IMG/VR virus record: IMGVR_UViG_3300036814_000177
Coordinates: 1-59,332 of that record
From: a virus
Lineage: Duplodnaviria > Caudoviricetes
Reading direction: 5' to 3' (one strand)
Length of the DNA: 59,332 nucleotides
Made by a program: the position numbers and the translations under genes. The notes under the pieces are model-generated. The model was not told the origin of the DNA. It made no database searches and was given only the letters and a program-made list of their open reading frames with translations. Shown here piece after piece: positions 54,401 to 59,332 of this stretch. The number at the start of each line of letters is the position of its first letter. Within the stretch, counting starts at the first letter, position 1.

Positions 54401-57400
54401 AACAAAGTACCTGTTGGTCGCCGTAAGAAAGACATGCGCCACGAACCACTGGTGGACCACGAGGGTAAACCGTATAAAATTTCAAAGCGTGTGTTCCGGT
54501 TGATGGAACAGCAGCGGCTAGCCACTGATACCATCGCTGCCCATGTGTACGTTGATAAGGTCAACGGCATGATGGAGGAGCATAAGGCGTACTTCCAGCA
54601 GCTACAGGATGAGCAGAACCTAGCGGCCACCGAGACTGAAGTCCTGAAGGAAGTCTACAAGGTGTACACCAAGTTGTACAACGAGGGAGCCGTGGTCGAA
54701 GGCTCTGGTATGAAGTGGAACTCTGCCTCTATCGCACGGGCTAAAGCATTTTCTTACAACATCACTCGCCTGCTTGATGCAGGGCTGTCGAAAGAAAAGA
54801 TTAAGGACTGGGAACAGCATCGGGACAACGACACGATAGGTATGTTCCACCCTCCCGGCTCCGGTACGCATAAGGTCAAGGGGCAGAAGAAACCTGTAGA
54901 CAATGGCGAGTACCATGACCTTACGAAAGACGTTGTAGCTAAGATGCTGGCTGTCGCCAAGGTCAAGGACCATACAGGTAAGCGTAAGACAACCGCCTCG
55001 AAGATACACGTTGCCATCCAGAATATGTATCTGATGGACACGCAGGTTACTAACGCTGAACTCTACGCAAAGAACACTATCCAGTCTGCGTACGTCCCTC
55101 TCAGGCGGGACGGCAAGTACCAAGTCCAGATGAGTGGGTTCATCCGTAGTGTGGATGCACAGGGTAACGAGGTGCTTACCCCCGTAGAGTTACCGGAAGC
55201 GATCCAGCAGCAGATGTTCTACACCCGCATGGACAGCCCGAACGAGGCAGAGGCTAAGACCAATGAACTGCATGAGATATTAAAAGACCAGCCTGCCGTT
55301 GAGATGCACTTGCCGGGAGACCCAGCAGATAGTCCTTCCAAGGTTGTGTTCCGTGCAACGTGGTCTACAGCAGAGCAGGGGGCGTCCCTGTCTGGCTCCA
55401 TTAGCTATGATGATGTGGCTAACGTACTGGTCCGTGCTGGTGTCAACCTCAACCCAGCAGATCGGGAACGGCTGGTTCAGCTTACTGCCTCCGAGCATAG
55501 CACCGCACGTAATAACCTACGGAAGAACTGGTCGCCGGGCTATGACCCCAACATCCAGCATCGCGTAGCAGAACATCTTGAGCAGCAGGCGCACATCTCC
55601 GCCAAGAACCGCCACGTACACAAGGTATCTCGCCTGATGATTAACGAGCGGGGCAACTGGAAAGGCGACGAGGGTAGGCTCAACGAGTTGCAGAGAGAGT
55701 TCCTCCGAACTAAGAAGCTAGGCAATGAGGCCGCTACCGATATCGCCTACCAGAAGATGGCGGCGTTCCAGTGGCAGCACATCTCCTCTGCTCCGACTAT
55801 GGGTGGGGGTGAGAAGAACATTAAGATGATGGCGCGTGATGGCGAAGTTAAGATGGTGGCCGGGCATAACAAAGGGGAGCAGTACCACGATAAAGCGAAG
55901 GCCATCATTGAGGGATACCACAAGCACCAAGGTACGCCCGTCACTGGCGACGAAGCCTTTGCTAATCAGGGTAGCTGGGCCATGTCAGGTACTGCACTGT
56001 TCCACCTCGGTGGCTCCCTCGCCCCTGCACTGGTCAACATGACAGCTATCATCACGCACTCCGCTAACTACCTAGCCACCATGAACAGTAAGACAGGCTA
56101 TGGTGGGGGGCATGGGTACAACGCTGCGTTCATCGCCCTCACAAAAGCTGGTAAGGATATGTCCCTGTTCAGGGACGGCCTCACTGATATGACTGGCAGT
56201 GCAAAGAATATACAGAAGCTCATCGACAACGGAACTTGGAAGAAATACTTCGAGTCTGTTGAGGAAGCTGAGTTCATGCGTGACTTGACACGGGAGGGGG
56301 CGACCACACCTAACCTCTTCAACTCGTTGTCAGACGTTGCTGCATCCGGACACGCGGATAGCGCAGTCACCAAGGTGGCTGAGAAGTGGATGATTATGTT
56401 CGCCAAGTCTGAGCAGTACAACCGCCGTGTCACAGCACTGGCCTCGTACCGCCTAGACAAGCAGCGGCTACTCGCTTCTAAACCTGCTGGCTATAAGATG
56501 ACCAACGTGGATAAGCTGACCTTACATGATCGGGCGACTGATGCGGTGAACTTCTCGCAGGGGAATTACGACAGCTTCAACCGCCCATCGTGGGCGCAGG
56601 GCAACGTGTTCAAGTACCTGTGGATGTATAAACAGTTCCAAGTTATCACCGTCCAACTGATGCGGAATGTATCTCATGCTGATAGGCTCAAGATGGTGGG
56701 GATGCTTATCCTCCTCAGTGGCCTCAAGGGTGTGCCGTTCATGGATGACATCTGGGACTTGTTCGACACGCTAATGCAGAAGTTCGGCCTCAAGTGGGCA
56801 GGGGTAGAGGCAGAGATGACCATGCTCCTCAAGGACACGCCCATCTCCTCGGCCCTCGTTGCGCGGGGTGTACTGGATCACTCCTTCGGGTTCACTGGCT
56901 CAACACGTTTCAGCATGGGTGATCTTATCCCCGGCACTGGGATGCTCAAGGCTGGTGCAGACCTCGGCAGGGAAACGGAGTCGATCTTCGGACCTGTCTA
57001 CGGTGCATGGAAGGGTGCCCTAGTCTCGGGAGCAACCTTAGCACAATATGTTGCAGAGAGTGTGGGTTTGAAGGACGACGTCACATCTCTGTCGGACGTA
57101 CTCAAGACGGGCGCAGGTTTCTCGGCGTTGAAGAACTACGCTCGGGGTATCACCATGATGATGGATGGCACGATCACCAATAACCGTGGGCAAATCGTAG
57201 CCAAGGACGCAGGGATACTGGATGCCTTAACACAACTCGTTGGGTTCTATCCGGCGGCGGCAACGGACCAGTACGCTGTGATCCGAATGACAAACGATGC
57301 GCGGAATTATGCACAGGCCATTAAGTCTGCTTACGTTGACGCAGCGATCAAGGCTGACTCAGCCAAGGAGCGCAACGCGATCAATCAGATGGTCAGGGAA

Positions 57401-57592
57401 TGGAACAAGGACTCCAAGGGTACGCCGTTCTATATCAAGAACTTCCCCGGTGCAGTGAGTACAGCACGTAAGGCTGCTAGGATGAACTCGGTGGGACGTA
57501 ACCTTAAGTCTGTACCAACTGCGATGAAGAAGTTTGGTAAGGGCTTGGCGGAGTCGCGTGGCCTTGACGCTAAAGGTATTCCGTTAGAGTAG
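51440..57592 (+). CDS. Giant polyvalent internal virion protein (zincin-like HEXXXH and PLxRFG-like domains)
   Basis: 2050 aa with an AAGGAG RBS. AHEVIGHFGL...EEALA, YVPLRRDGKY, and a helical C-terminal region (SEQYNRRVTALASY). Confidence 0.8.
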   Translation: MAKACSIAGVPDDVVAVYRTKDTARKKLSYVKKQLDGNTPNTAQWKHDQLVAQINEQFPGYVDMEDERQGDLFVSEEEADAAAAGKEQAKAKAKAAAQAQKLVREPVTVASSKHNRETNEHTVTFSDGKTTNIYRDTEQFGTAYWYEVTPKGEDRWLGFTKAEAIDRLLEVTNEEQTESKARSKEPSPAKVLKKGETKSPSAASKGKAKLTAAVAEKSERQQDTNPKAESPKVESKPARKSESQQTKREKQQQARLVKETARRHAEDAAQVVQAAKENLPLPERVADAIRDLEGPSNTQVWKDAASTIFEIALINPKEGLKNKGKPNESNQKDAEAYDTALEMVQGIGPHSELLWSDNNTMPSKKILLGWVEDTILTKTSRKVSDPNFLSHIRLWQATIEQGMFQAALRSVTHPQQNVTPVFPRLTDSVSYLREHMPNSYDWTKHGGENVQAEITPETKPKTAEEIDNRKEEYTSLGNEGVEEMESNFYEEDLFDAGVSEADVSSANNDRFFDDDGHAKIFDHQTGKPITKPISMGAAKLLVKRFMARLYDKSIKARVYKNVAEFKRKAPELYAQATASRSDKKPIPNNAAGYAFKKDGKAHVLIFADNIATKDQLNFTIAHEVIGHFGLGSIMPTEKFNKLLDDVYANDGNIRKEADLMMEMRGLGKREATEEALADAAAHMDNSLVARIADAIKRFFHALGVKFDDDMTRYFLRHSRIYQRTGRTPDSSPYAVMREFKQMDNLAGRARATQFDHNNEPIRNTEGSSYQNMPGRVKRFLRDISGKDKAALGKTAASRLKNAGKTMGKLLENIQSFDNLALRSRPLRELFKIMTMQKQRLESLKSDLSDIMAWSNKSRYLEDKMRAVGIGRDIKEENRAPTDEERRQAAIASVWRNRMKADAVTEAKLSGAADLGVMVNGEMKIDYEGGFKSNRKAAEMSREELNKGFRVQRIDNNGNPAYEQKDGKDVYYDDSGKVTTETKKDAKGNKVPVGRRKKDMRHEPLVDHEGKPYKISKRVFRLMEQQRLATDTIAAHVYVDKVNGMMEEHKAYFQQLQDEQNLAATETEVLKEVYKVYTKLYNEGAVVEGSGMKWNSASIARAKAFSYNITRLLDAGLSKEKIKDWEQHRDNDTIGMFHPPGSGTHKVKGQKKPVDNGEYHDLTKDVVAKMLAVAKVKDHTGKRKTTASKIHVAIQNMYLMDTQVTNAELYAKNTIQSAYVPLRRDGKYQVQMSGFIRSVDAQGNEVLTPVELPEAIQQQMFYTRMDSPNEAEAKTNELHEILKDQPAVEMHLPGDPADSPSKVVFRATWSTAEQGASLSGSISYDDVANVLVRAGVNLNPADRERLVQLTASEHSTARNNLRKNWSPGYDPNIQHRVAEHLEQQAHISAKNRHVHKVSRLMINERGNWKGDEGRLNELQREFLRTKKLGNEAATDIAYQKMAAFQWQHISSAPTMGGGEKNIKMMARDGEVKMVAGHNKGEQYHDKAKAIIEGYHKHQGTPVTGDEAFANQGSWAMSGTALFHLGGSLAPALVNMTAIITHSANYLATMNSKTGYGGGHGYNAAFIALTKAGKDMSLFRDGLTDMTGSAKNIQKLIDNGTWKKYFESVEEAEFMRDLTREGATTPNLFNSLSDVAASGHADSAVTKVAEKWMIMFAKSEQYNRRVTALASYRLDKQRLLASKPAGYKMTNVDKLTLHDRATDAVNFSQGNYDSFNRPSWAQGNVFKYLWMYKQFQVITVQLMRNVSHADRLKMVGMLILLSGLKGVPFMDDIWDLFDTLMQKFGLKWAGVEAEMTMLLKDTPISSALVARGVLDHSFGFTGSTRFSMGDLIPGTGMLKAGADLGRETESIFGPVYGAWKGALVSGATLAQYVAESVGLKDDVTSLSDVLKTGAGFSALKNYARGITMMMDGTITNNRGQIVAKDAGILDALTQLVGFYPAAATDQYAVIRMTNDARNYAQAIKSAYVDAAIKADSAKERNAINQMVREWNKDSKGTPFYIKNFPGAVSTARKAARMNSVGRNLKSVPTAMKKFGKGLAESRGLDAKGIPLE

Positions 57593-59332
57593 CTACTTCA
57601 CTACCCCCATCTGCCCCAGTGTAAGCTCATCTGACTGTTGCTGTGCCTCGTCAAGGTAGCCCAGCATTGCCATGTTGTTGAGGTTGACCCCGAACACGTA
57701 GTGCTGCCCTGCCTTGAGGCTGGTGTCTTTGCTGATCGTGAACTTCTTAGAGCGCGGGGTGGCATCAGCACCTACATCACCGACCTCCTTACGCAACTGA
57801 TTGAAGTCGTACCCACGGCTGGCGACATACTCTCTGAATGGTTTGACCACCAGCATCACCGTGCCCCTATCGAACTTATCCATGTTGCCCTTACGGTACA
57901 CATCGAACCGTGCTTTGATCTCGCCCTTCGGCTCACGCTTGATGTCATGGGTTGAGGGGAGGCTCCCATCAGTGGTGTGCATAATGGTCAGTGCTTTGTC
58001 TGCTTCCTCATTGAGGAAGTCTTTGATGATGTCGAACCCGTTGATACGGTTGTCCTCGACTGCACCACGCAGCGCATCAATCTGGTCGATGATGAAGCGG
58101 ATACCAATGGTGAAGTCGTAGCGGATGAGTCCCTCCTCCTTTGCAATGGTACATGCAACATGTTGTAGAATGAGTGCTGTCTCCCAGAAGCGCTCAACGC
58201 CAGCAAACTTAAACCCATACCAGTCAACGAACTTGAGTCGTGCCTCTGCGATACGCCGCTTGAGTTCTTTCTCCCCAAGCCGGAGGTACGCCTTCATCAG
58301 CTTATCACCAACCAAGCCGTGGTTCTCCATGAGGTGTTCCACGATCTTACGCCCTGCATCGCTGCTCTTTGCAAACAGTTTATGCCTTGGTATGTGAACC
58401 TCTAACAGCCGTGCCATCTGTGCATCAGTCTCTACCCCTGACGCTGCCATCTTGGAAGCGAAGGATATGTTGGTGGATACTGTGACACTCGTTGCCCACT
58501 CCTTGGCCTCGCGCTCTGAGGCTGAACGGTTGAGCCGCGCCTTGTCCCTACCCTGTGACACCCAGTAGCAGAAGTCGCCTACGTCCTCCATCAACGTAGC
58601 TTCGTCGATGGTCATGGGCAGGTGGCAGTACGTCCCCAACCTGTTGAACAGCGCGTTGTGTGTGAACTTGGCTGCGAAGTGCAGCTTGTCTGGCGCACCC
58701 CATACGCTCTGCATCCATAGCTGGATGATGGACTTGCCACCACCTGACTTGCCATGAAGGGAGATGGTCAGCCCTTTGAGTCCGGTCAGTGCCCACAGTG
58801 GGCCAGCGAAAGAATTGTTCAGCGCGAATATATGGTGGGGCATATCGGTTGTCTCAAGCACAGCCGTGGCACTAGCCCATTCCTCTATGGTGCCAGCCAT
58901 CCCGTACATCTTCTGACCTATGTTGGAGGCTGCCGAGGTGAGGGATATATCCTCTACAACAACTTCTCCAGCGTCTGATCTTTTGTAGAGGCGCTCGCCA
59001 ATGACAAATTGTTTGAAGCCGTTCTTCCACCCCATCGTCCCATGTATGTTAGACATGGACTGGGTCTCGCGTAGCTTGTTCATATATCCACGTAACATGT
59101 ACTGAAACCCTTTCGTCTGCTTCTCAGTCTGGAGGACGATACCTTGGTCTGCTATAGAGGTGGGGAACTCCCTGCTCTGGTCATTGAGGTACGCCTGACG
59201 GAACACTAGGTCTTGCCAGCCCTCATGCGGCCTGTTCCATTTGAACCGCACCGTCTCGTAGCCTAGGCTCTCATCAAGCCCATAACCTACAGGGTAGATG
59301 GCGAAGGGTGCAATCTCTACGTCCGTGCCGTC
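57593..59332 (-). CDS. C-terminal part of primase-helicase (DUF927 plus P-loop helicase domain)
   Basis: TMGWK, Walker A GKSGGGKS, Walker B TIDE, GRDKARL and ENHG. The frame is open to the window end and continues at the left end. Confidence 0.9.
   Translation of the reverse strand, partial: DGTDVEIAPFAIYPVGYGLDESLGYETVRFKWNRPHEGWQDLVFRQAYLNDQSREFPTSIADQGIVLQTEKQTKGFQYMLRGYMNKLRETQSMSNIHGTMGWKNGFKQFVIGERLYKRSDAGEVVVEDISLTSAASNIGQKMYGMAGTIEEWASATAVLETTDMPHHIFALNNSFAGPLWALTGLKGLTISLHGKSGGGKSIIQLWMQSVWGAPDKLHFAAKFTHNALFNRLGTYCHLPMTIDEATLMEDVGDFCYWVSQGRDKARLNRSASEREAKEWATSVTVSTNISFASKMAASGVETDAQMARLLEVHIPRHKLFAKSSDAGRKIVEHLMENHGLVGDKLMKAYLRLGEKELKRRIAEARLKFVDWYGFKFAGVERFWETALILQHVACTIAKEEGLIRYDFTIGIRFIIDQIDALRGAVEDNRINGFDIIKDFLNEEADKALTIMHTTDGSLPSTHDIKREPKGEIKARFDVYRKGNMDKFDRGTVMLVVKPFREYVASRGYDFNQLRKEVGDVGADATPRSKKFTISKDTSLKAGQHYVFGVNLNNMAMLGYLDEAQQQSDELTLGQMGVVK
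59183..59332. repeat. Terminal direct repeat copy 2
   Basis: Matches 1-150 at 149 of 150 positions. Confidence 0.97.

Overview
This window is an apparently complete, circularly assembled tailed dsDNA phage genome (podovirus-like, about 59,182 bp unique). Bases 1-150 are repeated at 59183-59332 with one synonymous mismatch, and the break falls inside the primase-helicase gene. The genome has two divergent arms. The minus-strand early/replication arm (16895->1, continuing 59182->57593) encodes an AAA ATPase / VWA-metallopeptidase module, an Nmad5-like protein, a HicA-like protein, an HslV-like Ntn peptidase, a family A DNA polymerase fused in frame to an HTH domain, a PD-(D/E)XK nuclease, VRR-NUC, an SNF2 helicase, an SSB-like protein, an HTH regulator and an AEP primase-DUF927 helicase. 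The plus-strand late arm (17452-57592) encodes terminase, portal, scaffold, capsid, tail, lysis and ejection proteins, including a 2050-aa polyvalent protein. I recognised no integrase, RNA polymerase, tRNA, CRISPR array or reverse transcriptase. The most notable signals are non-coding: (1) a complete type II hammerhead ribozyme with two pseudoknots directly upstream of the AAA ATPase gene; (2) a ~95-nt sRNA with its own promoter and terminator between terL and portal, carrying three anti-Shine-Dalgarno motifs complementary to early-gene RBSs and to both flanks of the ribozyme; (3) a ~225-nt highly structured leader on the first early operon; (4) a recurring TGTCAAGTTT operator-like motif. All family assignments are by eye from motifs, with no database searches.
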